64,000 bases of DNA from contig NC_079238.1 of the NCBI RefSeq assembly GCF_027921745.1, positions 1,364,001 through 1,428,000 of the forward strand, written 5' to 3'. This DNA comes from Schizosaccharomyces osmophilus. Taxonomy: Eukaryota. The notes under the pieces were generated by a model that saw nothing but the letters and a program-made list of their open reading frames with translations, made no database searches and had not been told where the DNA came from. The position numbers and the translations under genes are program-made. This document shows, piece after piece, positions 51,349-64,000 of the stretch; the stretch's first letter is position 1, and every line of letters starts with the position of its first letter.

Positions 51349-51599
51349 ATTATGGGTCAGTCACTTACATGATAGGTTTGAAGGTATAGCAAGAATAAAA
51401 GTTTCAAACTGACATTATAGAGTATTTTATATTTAGTAAGATGTAGTTATACGCTGCGAATATGAATAAATCATCCTTTTGGCTAATAGAGGAGATGAAA
51501 TATGTAAATTTGTCATTAACGCATGCTAATTAGAATGAAGAAGGGGTAAATATTACTAAACATTATATGCGTAAATAAGTATTTGAGAAACGAAAGTAG

Positions 51600-52385
51600 C
51601 TAACCAGCAAAGTCTTTCAAGGACTTATAGTCGATGAATTGGCTTTGTAGTGTAGGTAATTTTTTTGATTGATATTTTTCGATGGAATTAGAAATGTCTT
51701 CTGCTTGATGTCTAGTATTAGTGAGGTTGGAGTCAAACAAATAAGTGTATGATTTTGTAGCATCGGTGAGGGCAACGCGGTGAGCACGGCTGGTGTCTAC
51801 TAGCAATGTGTACATCTTTTCCATGCGATCTGAGATATCGCTGTAATGACGAAGTAGGTTTCCACTGTGCTCAGTTTGGTCAACAACCGATGATTTACAG
51901 TTCTTTGTCTCAATTAAAAGATCCTGAATCAATTGCGGATTACTTTGGGAATGTAAAAGGTTGAGGGAAGTTTGTAGTTTTTGAGCAATTGACTTTGCCA
52001 AATCCCTTTCCTGTAGTATCACTTTCAACTGTGCTTGATCTCGCTTTAAGGAAGCATGGTAATTGAGAACTGAATCTTCTAATACTTTGATTTTATCACG
52101 AAGCTCGGACTTCCGATGGACTGAGCTACCACTTTCATCATGAAAGTCTCTTAAAAACTCGTCATTTTGCTGATTTTGGTGTCGTAAATGATCAGTCTTT
52201 TCTCGTACTTCATCAATCGTAGCTTCTAGCTCAGCAACTGCACCATTTTCGTTCTTTAATAGCTTTTGATATTTCGACAGTTCTTTCCTTTGGTTATCCT
52301 CCTCTTCTTTTAACTGTAAAAGGACAAGTCCTGTTTGTCGATTTACGCCAGGAGGGAGATTCGTGTTTGATTTTTCATGTGTCAT
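51600..52385 (-). CDS. rng9: Coiled-coil protein, probable myosin-V (Myo51) partner Rng9
   Basis: 261-aa heptad-rich ORF. Identity inferred from syntenic position and length, not from a motif. Confidence 0.6.
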   Translation of the reverse strand: MTHEKSNTNLPPGVNRQTGLVLLQLKEEEDNQRKELSKYQKLLKNENGAVAELEATIDEVREKTDHLRHQNQQNDEFLRDFHDESGSSVHRKSELRDKIKVLEDSVLNYHASLKRDQAQLKVILQERDLAKSIAQKLQTSLNLLHSQSNPQLIQDLLIETKNCKSSVVDQTEHSGNLLRHYSDISDRMEKMYTLLVDTSRAHRVALTDATKSYTYLFDSNLTNTRHQAEDISNSIEKYQSKKLPTLQSQFIDYKSLKDFAG

Positions 52386-53194
52386 CGTTCAAAATCGTCC
52401 TGATTTGTTTATTAAATAGATTGCAGATGAAGAGACTCGTAAATGACACGCTTTTACTCCAATTCAAGGTTCGAGCTTAGCCAACTTTTAACTAAATTTA
52501 TTCTTATATTGTTGTTTTTCTATAAGAGACGCATAATCACCTTGTATATAGATTGAAAGGAATTTGCCCAACGTTTGCTAGAGTGGTGGTTGAATTAGTA
52601 CATGGAATGGGCTGCGAAGCAATCAGTCGAAGTACCTAAGCAGGTGTATGGTATGCCTCAATGCAATGTATGAAGAAACTTTGATAGTTTAATAAATGTT
52701 TAACTTGCGGTTTGTATAGGAATTCCTTTCTTGGTGACTTTTCCTAAAAATTAAAACCATAAAAACTAATGTTTGCCATGTCGATTGACGTTCTTCATGA
52801 TGGTACATTTTCATAGATGAGTAATTAAGAAAATGTCACAAGAACACGTCTCATTTCAATTGTGTTCTTTTCAACTGGAAGAATTACTAGTAGCAACAAT
52901 TACAGAAACACCATACTAAAGTGAATGAATTCGAAAAAAAGATTTAGGGGTTTCTTTCCTGTTTATAGAATAGAATATATCATTTCTTCAACAATTCTTT
53001 GCCTCCCAAATTGTTATGAATGAACAAAATAAAAAAATTCATTTGTTTATTTACATTATACCACACTCCAAGGCAGCTTATTCAATCACTACCACCAAAT
53101 TACATGAAAAACACTCAAAGTAGGTGCAGAAAAGAAAAAAGAGCGAAAAAACACGATTTGAGGCTTTGAAAACATAAATTGCTAGATCCTTAAA

Positions 53195-53633
53195 ATGAGT
53201 GTTGAAAGAATAAAACGTGCACCGGCGGTGCGAAAAGGGATCATTGTCCGTAGGAAGACGCATCTAATCGCAATGATGAAGCGCGTAAGACATCAACTTG
53301 AACGAAGGTTCGTCGAAATTTCTACTGCCTTTATTAAACTAACACTTCATTAGCGGATTTGTTCAGTATCAGTCAACGGGAATGGCGATTCCTCAGCTTG
53401 TAGCTTTGGCAGACAAGTATCAGCACCAAGGGTATCGTATAGCTCTTTTTACGGAAACTATAGAATTCACGGATGAACTTATGACAGAGGTATGTAAAAT
53501 ATCAAGGCCTCACTCGCGGAGGTGTAGTAAAGTGAAGCTATAATTCCGCGTATGGCTAACCTATTTGAAGGATGAATTTAAAAACGAAAAGCGACTAGGG
53601 AATTTACTTGTACTCAAGGTTTATTCCAGATGA
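53195..53633 (+). CDS. pop7: RNase P/MRP subunit Pop7/Rpp20, Alba-like (exons 53195-53307, 53354-53489, 53571-53633)
   Basis: Not in the ORF track. Spliced [67 protein letters not shown], about 103 aa. Both introns have CTAAC branch points and the frames join cleanly. Confidence 0.8.
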
Positions 53634-55568
53634 TTTCGATACTGCCTTAGAACATATGCTACGCATAATTTTTTTTTATTTTTCCTGATGAAAAGCATGG
53701 GGTAATTCAAGGTACTTTATCTACGCTATTAATTGAGATTGAATGTAAAGATTTGGCTCATTATCCAGACACACGATTGGGCTCGTATCTAACAAATATA
53801 TGAATTTGCTGATTGAGTAAAAGTACTGTTGGAAAGTAACGTACATATATTTAGAACCGTTTACAGTTGTCGCATACCTTCTCGTGCTTGTTCCCTCATT
53901 TCCCCCCATTTATCTCTGATGTTTTTTTTTCTTTTTTTCTTTTTTTTTTTTTTTTTTTTTTCTGCTTGATTATAAAAGTCTATGGGATGGGATACTTTCC
54001 TATATTCAGTATCTATTGCAAAGTGATTTCGTTCTCGGATCTTCTGTATTTTGAAAAACAGGGGCGTTGAAGACTACGACGTTTGAGTACTTTTGACAGT
54101 CCTTCATATTGTTATGCATGTGGTACGGTTGCGATGGTATGGAATGTATATATATTGTACTTTTGGTTGTTTGTTATTACAAATTACTTATCAAACATGC
54201 GTTTCAATTTACAGTGCAGATCATATTGAAGTACGTTCACAGCGTTTTGCTAAATATAAAAAGACGAAGAAAGCGAGTGCTGGTTTTGGGAATAGAAAAT
54301 CCAGGAGATTTGCTAGGAATGTTGGAAATAGGACTCTGTTATAAACTTTTAAAGTTTCTCACATTATTTCCTGTTTTTTTTCCATATTACAGTCTGTCGC
54401 TTTCATTACGAACGGGAGTTAAGAATATCCCGCTATCGGATAAACGCCTAAAGAATTTCAAAATTAACAGGTAGATTCGTTCGATAACCAAATCACCGCA
54501 ACTAAACACATAACCAAGAAACAACCAGATTAGTCATAGCTATTTCCAATATTGGATTCCATCATCGACAAGTCAGAGTACTCTTGATGATTGCGATATT
54601 TCCCTCACATTCCATTTATTGATATGGAAAACATTACCTTTCTTTCGTTCCGATTAAGCTATATTGTTGGCTTGCTTTTATTCGAATATATCTCTCCCAA
54701 CTCCATAGTTTATTGATCATCTGGTAATTTTTGGGAATAGTAGAACTGTTTTGGACACATAAAGAATTATCATTATACTTTTCCTTGTATATGGACATAT
54801 TTCACTCTTATTTAGTATTTCAGCACGATAAAGAATCGTACCGCGGAACTAGATGCTCAAATCTTCCTTTTGGCAGCAAACTTAATACAAGTAGAGGACT
54901 ATTCGATGCTCAAAAATGAAGTTTTACAAAAAAAGGAAAGGAATACTCTTTTATTAAAACTATGGAAAATAATATATATTATGCAAGAATTAACGTGTTA
55001 CTTTTTGTTCATGTATTTCAAAATTCAAACAAGGGATCTGTATAGACAAAATCTTTTGCGTTTAGCTAGCAAAATAAGTGTACATATACGATAAATAACC
55101 AACTTGTTTCCGTAATAAATAATTAAACGGCAGGCGAGCATTTCCAGGTGCCAGCATAAATATCAGAAAGTAAAACATTAAAGACAAATATTCGGTTAAG
55201 TACAATAGAGACAAATAAGCAAACCAATCACCAAAACAAGATAAATAGCTAAAAGGCTAGAGATGGAAAGATCAAACAACATTTAATTCCTTCTCTTACT
55301 GTTACACATATATCAGCAAGCGAAAATATTAAGGGTTTGAGACTTTTGCGAATTATAGATGACAACTTGGGCACTCATTTTGAAAGAAGATCAAAATATC
55401 ACAATCCTACTTTCATCTTTCAACTCTCGATAATCTTTTCGCAACATGATTGTTTCGCTTTCCATGTAAGCCTCACTAAAAAAAGGGAAAAGCAGAAGAG
55501 GGAAAGTTAAGATCGGTACTTTACTCCTACCTAACAGGAAGTAATCCAGACAAGGTTTGGGGTTTCCA

Positions 55569-56567
55569 TTAGCTATATGGTAGATGGGCTTCATCTGAGG
55601 TGCGTCTGCCTGCAAGCGTTTGAGAAGGGCTTGCAGGGGTATCGGCAGCATAATCTCTCAAGGATGGTAAGCGTTGTAAGTTATGATACGGATAAGAAGT
55701 AGTAGAGAAGGAGCCAACATCTTTTTCAGGGTAGTTGTAATACCAGTTGGGAATCGATGGTGGAGGGGCAAAGGCTGTTGGAAGCGTTGTCTTCATAGGG
55801 TTTGAAAGGGAAGAAGAAAAATAATCAGCTTGGGAGCCAACAGACGCCGGATAAGTAGAGATAAATGAATGAGGAGTATTTAAATGAGTATGAGCATGGT
55901 CTGTATCCACCTGGTTGAGGGAAAGAGCGAGATGGGTATCGATGGAGCGGGAGTCGAAAGAAGGATTAAAGTTGTTGTGAACTGGACTTGCAGGAACAGG
56001 AGCCAAATTTTGGTAATGATTTTGAGCGTTGTAAGCATAGGTAGAGGCAAGGGTTTTGTTAGTAAGGGTAGAATTTGGAAGGTGATTCTCGCTCTGGGTA
56101 TAAGGATACATGTAGTGATTGACAGGAAGGGTCATGGATTCATCGTTTTGTCTCGGTTGGGTGAAAGTTGGTATGCAGGTAGGGTTGGAAGAAGCAGAGG
56201 AGCTGGTTGATGATGACGAGGCATGATCGAGATGATGAGAGTCCGGAGAAATGAGAGTGAGCAAAGGAGGTAGAGAAGAAGAGCTAGGAGGGATGGGGCA
56301 TAATTCTTGCTTCTTTATGAATTGGGCGCCCGTTCGATGTTCATGGATATCGGTAGAATATACATTATTTAAAGTTCGTTGAAAGTCATGAGAAGAAAAG
56401 ACATAAAGACGGCGTTTTCGATCATATATGGTAACTGAAACCTCGCAATCAGTCAATACGGAAAGTTCAAAAGCCTTTTTATAAATGCCACCCTTTCGTT
56501 TTGCAAATGTGACACTCCGAGAACGATCATCTAAAATAGGTTGAATGGATATTTTCTTACGACCCAT
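55569..56567 (-). CDS. mbx2: MEF2-type MADS-box transcription factor Mbx2/Pvg4
   Basis: MGRKKISIQPI..RSVTFAKRKGGIYKKAFELSVLTDCEV followed by a Ser/Pro-rich tail. mbx2 rather than mbx1 is inferred from synteny. Confidence 0.8.
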   Translation of the reverse strand: MGRKKISIQPILDDRSRSVTFAKRKGGIYKKAFELSVLTDCEVSVTIYDRKRRLYVFSSHDFQRTLNNVYSTDIHEHRTGAQFIKKQELCPIPPSSSSLPPLLTLISPDSHHLDHASSSSTSSSASSNPTCIPTFTQPRQNDESMTLPVNHYMYPYTQSENHLPNSTLTNKTLASTYAYNAQNHYQNLAPVPASPVHNNFNPSFDSRSIDTHLALSLNQVDTDHAHTHLNTPHSFISTYPASVGSQADYFSSSLSNPMKTTLPTAFAPPPSIPNWYYNYPEKDVGSFSTTSYPYHNLQRLPSLRDYAADTPASPSQTLAGRRTSDEAHLPYS

Positions 56568-57583
56568 ATCCGAAAATTAGAACCCAAGTACACGATCCAA
56601 AATAAGAAGCCCTAAATATAAAGAGACGATAGATGCTTTACTTTGACCAGATCCTGCAAGCAGACAAGACAGCGAAAAACGAAAGAGTGAGAGACGCCCA
56701 AAACCAAGGATAGGAATGTTGATGATACAGTGAGCGAAAATCAACAAATGAATGAGAATCAAATATGAGTCTTAAAGAAAAAGTGAATGCGATTTTCATC
56801 CAGAGCAACAAGTTTACTTGAGAAGCAACGATGACCAAAAAAGAAAAAATTGAATCCTTCAATAATCTATTTCAGTAGAAAGAGAAGGAATCAAATTAAA
56901 AACAAGTAGTATGACTTTGAATCTTTAATTCTGGCGATTGAAAAGCTAGACATATGTACACCCCATACACATATATATATATTTTTAGAATCGCAAATAT
57001 ACTTGTTTCATCGATTGGTGTAAGTGTTGTAGAACCGAAATTTTTCCCTTAACGGACTTTTGCTTATGTTGAAACCGGAGCTTTCTTATGAATAATGCTT
57101 TGCTATCATCAGATTTAATAATGGAAAAATTTACAATTGCTTCCCTGCAACTACATGGTTTCCCAGACATTTCAAAAGATGAATCCTAAATAACTTTTTT
57201 CTTCTTCTTCTTCTATATAATAAAAGCATTCTTTCCTAAAAGCAAAAACGATCTTTTTGTTTTTACAGAAAAAGCTCAGAAAACCCAAGTGTTTTGTTTA
57301 TACCCCACGGAATTTTGGAATACCCCAGGGTCTTTATTCGTGACGTCGATAAATCGGGTTGTCGGGAGAAGATACAAATATAGACATTTACTGCGTCATT
57401 TTGATGTTTTGCGATAATCTGATAAAGCGTACGTTGTTAGAATTGTTAATACATACTTAGCGTCGTACCCTACACGGTCTTTGACTAGCACTCACTGTAA
57501 CTCAGTGACTTTGCTTATCATTGCGTTCTATTGTGTTAACTGACTATCAACGGACAGAACAGCATATCGTTAAATGAGTTGTT

Positions 57584-57591
57584 CGTGACTG
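57584..57591 (-). promoter_or_regulatory. HomolD box (inverted) of rps18
   Basis: CGTGACTG about 73 nt before the ATG. Confidence 0.75.
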
Positions 57592-57663
57592 TTTTTTTTG
57601 GTTGAAACATACAGTCTCTGCATTCATCCATTTTGTGCCGTACTTACCAGCAGCTGCAGGAAG

Positions 57664-58340
57664 ATGTCTCTCGTTCCTCCTGATAACGTATGTAAAACCT
57701 ATTTTTTCTCAAGAAACACATAGCTCGCTTTCTTGTGTTCATCAGGTTTCGCTCTTGGTCATTGTTGTCCAAAGTTGAGAAACCGTTTTTCCTTGTCTGG
57801 ATGAATCTGGAAATCGCGCTATGTTTTCCTTTTGTTATTTAACAGAGGAAGGGACTTGAGATTTTCTATTTTCCCGGGTGACATTTTACTAACCTTTTCC
57901 GCTAGTTTCAACACATTCTCCGTCTACTCAACACCAATGTAGACGGCAAGCATAAGGTTATGTACGCCATGACCCAAATCAAGGGTGTCGGTCGTCGTTA
58001 CGCCAACATCGTCTGCAAGAAGGCTGATGTAGACATGTCTAAGCGTGCTGGTGAGCTCACCACTGAAGAGTTGGAGCGTCTAGTTACCATCGTTCAAAAC
58101 CCTACCCAATTCAAGATTCCTACTTGGTTCCTTAACCGTCAAAAGGATATCAACGATGGTAAGTCTCACCAATTGCTCTCCAACAACGTTGAGGGTAAGC
58201 TTCGTGAAGACCTTGAACGTCTCAAGAAGATCCAAACTCACCGTGGTCTTCGTCACGCTCTCGACCTTCGTGTCCGTGGTCAACATACTAAGACCACTGG
58301 CCGTCGTGGTAAGACCGTTGGTGTCTCCAAGAAGAAGTAA
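57664..58340 (+). CDS. rps1801: 40S ribosomal protein S18/uS13 (exons 57664-57687, 57906-58340)
   Basis: [22 protein letters not shown]...[21 protein letters not shown]; 218-nt intron GTATGT..TACTAAC..TAG. Confidence 0.97.
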
Positions 58341-58610
58341 GCTGTAGTTGCTTTCTGCTTTCGTATGAAACCAATGGAATTCTCTTTTTGCTTATTATGT
58401 TGTTTCCGTCCATTTTATTCTAGACTCCATTATCCTTTCTGCTATTATGTAAATGTAGTTTTCCAACCTTTTTTGTAAGTGTTTCATGCAATTCTTATTT
58501 TATCCTTTTTTTTCGTTTGTTTGTCAATATATTAATCTATATACCTAAAACTATGCCGAGTTCCCAAAAAAAGAAAAGAATAAATTATGATGAAAATCGT
58601 GCTGAGAAAC

Positions 58611-60107
<1,497 letters not shown>

Positions 60108-60880
60108 TTGAAAGGAAAGATTCTAAATATATTACACCAAAATTTCCCAGATTTTCAGCTTTCGCGACCTTATTCTTTGTCCTAATCCCAGACGAAATCG
60201 ACACAACAGAAAAAATATCTAATACTTTTGTAAAACCGCTAATCCTTCGAATTCTATTAAAACGCGATATATTCTATTAGTTTGTAAACTGAGTACACTT
60301 TTGGAGCTGAGGATGATAATTTTGGTTCCTCAATAATATTATAATTTATAATATTTGCTATTCGGGTTATTATGTAAGTAAATAAGTTCTTATTGTTTTT
60401 CATTTCGAAGCCAAGGATAAACAGAGGCTGTACGTGATCTTTACTATGCATTATATAACGGCTTCTTAATATCTAACAAACGGCGGTCAATTACCGATTT
60501 TGGTCACTCACTACTGAAAAACCATTCTAGTACGTGGTGTGAATAGCTTCTCTAAAGAAGTAAATCAAAGTGTACGCATTCGGATAAAGATGAGAAGAGA
60601 CTGTTGAGCTACTTTATATTATTTCCCTCTGCATGTATTTATCTATTCGTAAATGGTTACTTTAACCCGTAAAAGCATAGTTGAACAATCGTATTTGAAT
60701 GTATATAACTACACAGTTAGTAAAAGAGGGAATTGAGTTTGACAAATTGTATATTAAATATAAGCCAGCATGACCCTATACCCATGGAGATACCGTTGTA
60801 AGAGATTCAATTGATTATACATAAAAAAAGAAAGAAACACTTGATAAGTCAAGCAGTGAAAAGAAATTACGTTACATTTT

Positions 60881-61783
60881 TTACTCGTCCTCTTCCTCAT
60901 CGCCAATTTTGGGAGCGAGATAGAAGCGAAGGTATCCAGATTCCATTTGGTACTCAACGAGCAAAGGAACTTCACTGCTCATGCACAGTGTAACACGATT
61001 GGCCAACGGAGTAGCCTTAGTGAATTGAGCCAAATATTTCAGAGAAAATCCAAGGCTAACAGCTTGGGTAAGGGAAACTTCAATGCTTTGGTCGTTATCA
61101 GCAAGGTCAGTATGTTGCTTAAGAGTGGTAGAACCAGCGCCGATGTCACCTTTGCAGCTGAAACGAACGCCCTCCTTGCTAGCATGGATACGAACGGAAT
61201 CACTTAAAGTCAAAAGATCGCGAATAATGCGTTGGAATTCAGCAGCGGGCATAGTAACGGTAGCATCGTACTCAATATCAGGAATACCCAAGTGTTCTTG
61301 GTCGATATCCATAAGCTTGACTGCGTAATCAGAGATACGGTCATTCTTCTCACTTTCAAAGACCATGTTTAGAGTTTCAGGCGTATCCTCAGCCTTCAAA
61401 GTTACCAAGTCTTCATTTTGAGCACAGCGAAGAACCTTGGACAAAGCATTCAGATTAATACCTAAAGCAATGTTGCGATCGCAACGGTAAGGTTCAAAGC
61501 CATCAGATTTGATTAACATGGAAACAAGGGCAACGTGAGAGCTATCCATAGCCTGGAGTGAAATACCATTGTCGTTGCAATCAAACTAAAAAATCCGTTA
61601 GCACGCGTCTTCTAAGTTGATTCACCAGCCCAGTATTAAATTCAAAAACTTTGCAAAGTTTTAGAAACATTCCAAAAGCGATGAATTACCTGTAAAACAT
61701 ACGTTGGCATCAGTAACAAGTTCTTTGATGGCATCAAGGAGCTTTTTTAACAAAGCTGCCTGTTGTAATCTAGCTTCCAACAT
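60881..61783 (-). CDS. pcn1: PCNA (exons 61783-61703, 61585-60881)
   Basis: [50 protein letters not shown]; 117-nt intron. Confidence 0.98.
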
Positions 61784-61882
61784 TTTTTATTGAGGAAAGC
61801 CGACTTTTCCTTCAGTTCAAGGTAACAATAGGTTTTTTCGAGGATCCCTGTAGTTGGTTCAGGTTGAAAATATTTGGGGTGT

Positions 61883-61908
61883 ACGCGTCGTCGTACACGG
61901 TAACGCGA
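61883..61908. promoter_or_regulatory. MCB (MluI cell-cycle box) elements upstream of pcn1
   Basis: ACGCGT at 61883-61888 and ACGCGA at 61903-61908, 100-125 nt upstream of a replication gene. Confidence 0.65.
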
Positions 61909-63302
61909 GGGCCTGCCAATATGGTTGGCTTCCTTGGGATTCATTTTGATAATAAAAAAAAAAAAAGATAAAAAAATGGTATATTGAATCTGCAGTAATT
62001 TTATTAAAACTTTTCTCTTCCACAAAATTCACGGTACTATTTCATGGGAGTATCCATTCGAAGTACGCCCATTTACGTTGAGCCTTAAGGCTTTGTATTA
62101 CCCATTTGTTTTTTTTTTATAACATTAAGTAAATAAGGACTTGTCATAGGATCCAACGTTTTACCTTTCCATTTCAGCTTTCAGCTGAAAGATAGAGAAC
62201 GAATGACAGTGGAAACAGTAAGCAGATTTGGATTTGACTGCCACAAGAGAAATGATCATTTAGTAACATTGTGGTATATCCTGCTCCGTATAAATTCTAG
62301 GAACGGCCGTAAACAAACCAACGAAAGATGAAGTGCTCGAGGATAGCAATCCTTACAGGAGATATATAGAAGAAAATACAAAAGGAAAAATTATATGATG
62401 ATAAACGATCCTTTTTGAAACACTGAAAGCGGCCTGACTAACCACAGAGAAATTCGGTTTTCCAATGAAATGAATCTAAGGGTCTCTAGTGTAGCTCTTC
62501 ATTCTTATTTTTTGAACCCAAATGTTTGTTTTCATGCACGACTGTTTGAGTAGTACATTGCATTATCCTCTGGTCTGGATTTATGGAGCAAACGTATATT
62601 TGCAACCTACGGGTAGTACAATCTTTACCGTTTCTCATTTGGCTCTCCTTCTTAATCTTTCCTTTGTCAATACTCTTTTTTATTTTTTTATTTATTTATT
62701 TTTTACCCAATATGTAAACAAGAAATTCAATCCCAAGTCACAAGTCAAGTGACAAAGACTCTTAATAGGATATCATCCGAGACTACAGGTTTACATTCCT
62801 ATTTCTTGGAGAAATGGGTTAAATCGAGTTGGAGCAGAATGTCTCTAGAGTTAAATTCTTACCAAATAATGTGTATTTACTTGTTTTTTTTCGATCTCCC
62901 GTGTTTTTAAGTACATTTTGCCATTATTCAAGTGTCTTTCTAACTTACATTGAAAATTGGTACCGTTATGCACACTTGCTGTAATGGTTTAGCACCAAGT
63001 CGCTGAGGATGCTTTCCTAACTGATGAGTTTTCAAGTCAGTTTGGGTACAAACTCCATACCTCAGTTATATGTTCGGAACAGCAACTATAAAAAAAGGGA
63101 ATTGCTTATGAGAACAGTAAAGCAATTGTTTTCTTTTCTCACGAAACCTTCAATGTTTACTGTCTATGAGAGACTGAACCAGAGAATTACAGAGAATATC
63201 ATAATATTCTATAAATTCTTATAGAAGAATAGTATTCTACTATCAAGTTCCATTGGCGAATAGATGTTTCCAGCGGGTTTCTGAAACCGAATTAGCTAGC
63301 AC

Positions 63303-63342
63303 GTTCTAGTACGTTCCTTGAATTTTGGCATAGGTATAAATA
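63303..63342 (+). promoter_or_regulatory. Imperfect heat-shock element and TATA box of hsp104
   Basis: TTCtaGTAcgTTC (63304-63316, one mismatch to TTCnnGAAnnTTC) and TATAAATA at 63335-63342. Confidence 0.5.
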
Positions 63343-63556
63343 CAACACCATGATGTCTGTAAACTTCACTGCTGAGAACAACGATCTAAGAAATATTCTC
63401 TATTTATTCATTTAAAAATACCTGTTTTTGTTATATAATCTCTTTTTTTTTTTTTTTTTTAAGTTGCTGTTTGCATATTTTTTGAAAAATATCTTATAAA
63501 CCCTCTTTAATTTGTGACGAATTATTGTTTCTTTTGTTAATTAATTATTTTTAATT

Positions 63557-64000
63557 ATGGCCGATTATCAATTTACCGATAAAGCTGCAAAGACACTTTC
63601 GGATGCCTATGGATTAGCTCAATCTTATGGACACTCTCAACTGTCAACTGTTCATCTCGCAGCCGTCTTACTCTCTGAGGCAGACACAAACGGAACATCA
63701 CTTTTACGGACCATTGTCGAAAAAGCCGGTGGTGATGGCCAAAAGTTTGAACGCAGTATTACAAGCCGACTCGTCCGTCTGCCTGCGCAAGATCCTCCAC
63801 CGGAACAAATTTCCTTTGCTCCGGAAACTGCGAAGCTATTACGAAATGCACATGAACTTCAAAAAACCCAAAAGGATTCTTACATTGCTCAGGATCACTT
63901 TATCGCTGCTTTCATTAAGGACGATATTGTCAAATCTCTTTTGACTGACGTTGGTGTCACTCCCAAGTCCTTTGAATTTGCTGTGAATAATCTTCGCGGA
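63557..64000 (+). CDS. hsp104: Hsp104/ClpB disaggregase, 5' part (runs off the window)
   Basis: MADYQFTDKAAKTLSDAYGLAQSYGHSQL..VHLAAVLL..RLPAQDPPPE..QKTQKDSYIAQDH; open frame to the end of the window. Confidence 0.93.
   Translation, partial: MADYQFTDKAAKTLSDAYGLAQSYGHSQLSTVHLAAVLLSEADTNGTSLLRTIVEKAGGDGQKFERSITSRLVRLPAQDPPPEQISFAPETAKLLRNAHELQKTQKDSYIAQDHFIAAFIKDDIVKSLLTDVGVTPKSFEFAVNNLRG

Noticed and set aside
52468..52480. GGTTCGAGC B-box-like motif
   Set aside because: No A-box, cloverleaf or acceptor stem nearby; not a tRNA.
63627..63944. 105-aa ORF at the window end
   Set aside because: Out-of-frame overlap with the real hsp104 frame that starts at 63557.

Overview
AT-rich eukaryotic DNA with short GT...CTAAC/CTAAT...YAG/AAG introns. 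Proteins and gene order identify a fission yeast (Schizosaccharomyces). It looks like a non-pombe species, judged from remembered S. pombe protein sequences; I cannot fix the species. From memory, the window is collinear in reverse with the S. pombe chromosome II segment SPBP8B7.24c to SPBC16D10.08c: atg8, rnf10, ubp3, erd2, nop2, spt16, two Thi20-family genes, dbp2, mpe1, dpb2, vac7, fta3, nxt3, utp16, los1, ppm1, set6, rpp2, nce103, mug45, rpl4, rng9, pop7, mbx2, rps18, tad2, pcn1 and the 5' end of hsp104. Exon structures were rebuilt by hand, including atg8, pop7 and hsp104, which the ORF track misses. Most of the window is conserved housekeeping chromosome. The main departures: an apparent ubp3-erd2 micro-inversion puts the 40S ubiquitin ligase rnf10 head-to-head with the opposing deubiquitinase ubp3; a decayed half-length pmd1/MDR1-type ABC transporter sits at that breakpoint; one Thi20 paralogue has lost catalytic motifs; the dbp2 intron is structured and carries a spaced repeat; Tad2 carries a degenerate uridine-kinase-like domain; and the nce103 promoter is dense in palindromes. 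I could not support any tRNA, rRNA, LTR/transposon or CRISPR feature, and I cannot claim a wholly new system from sequence alone.
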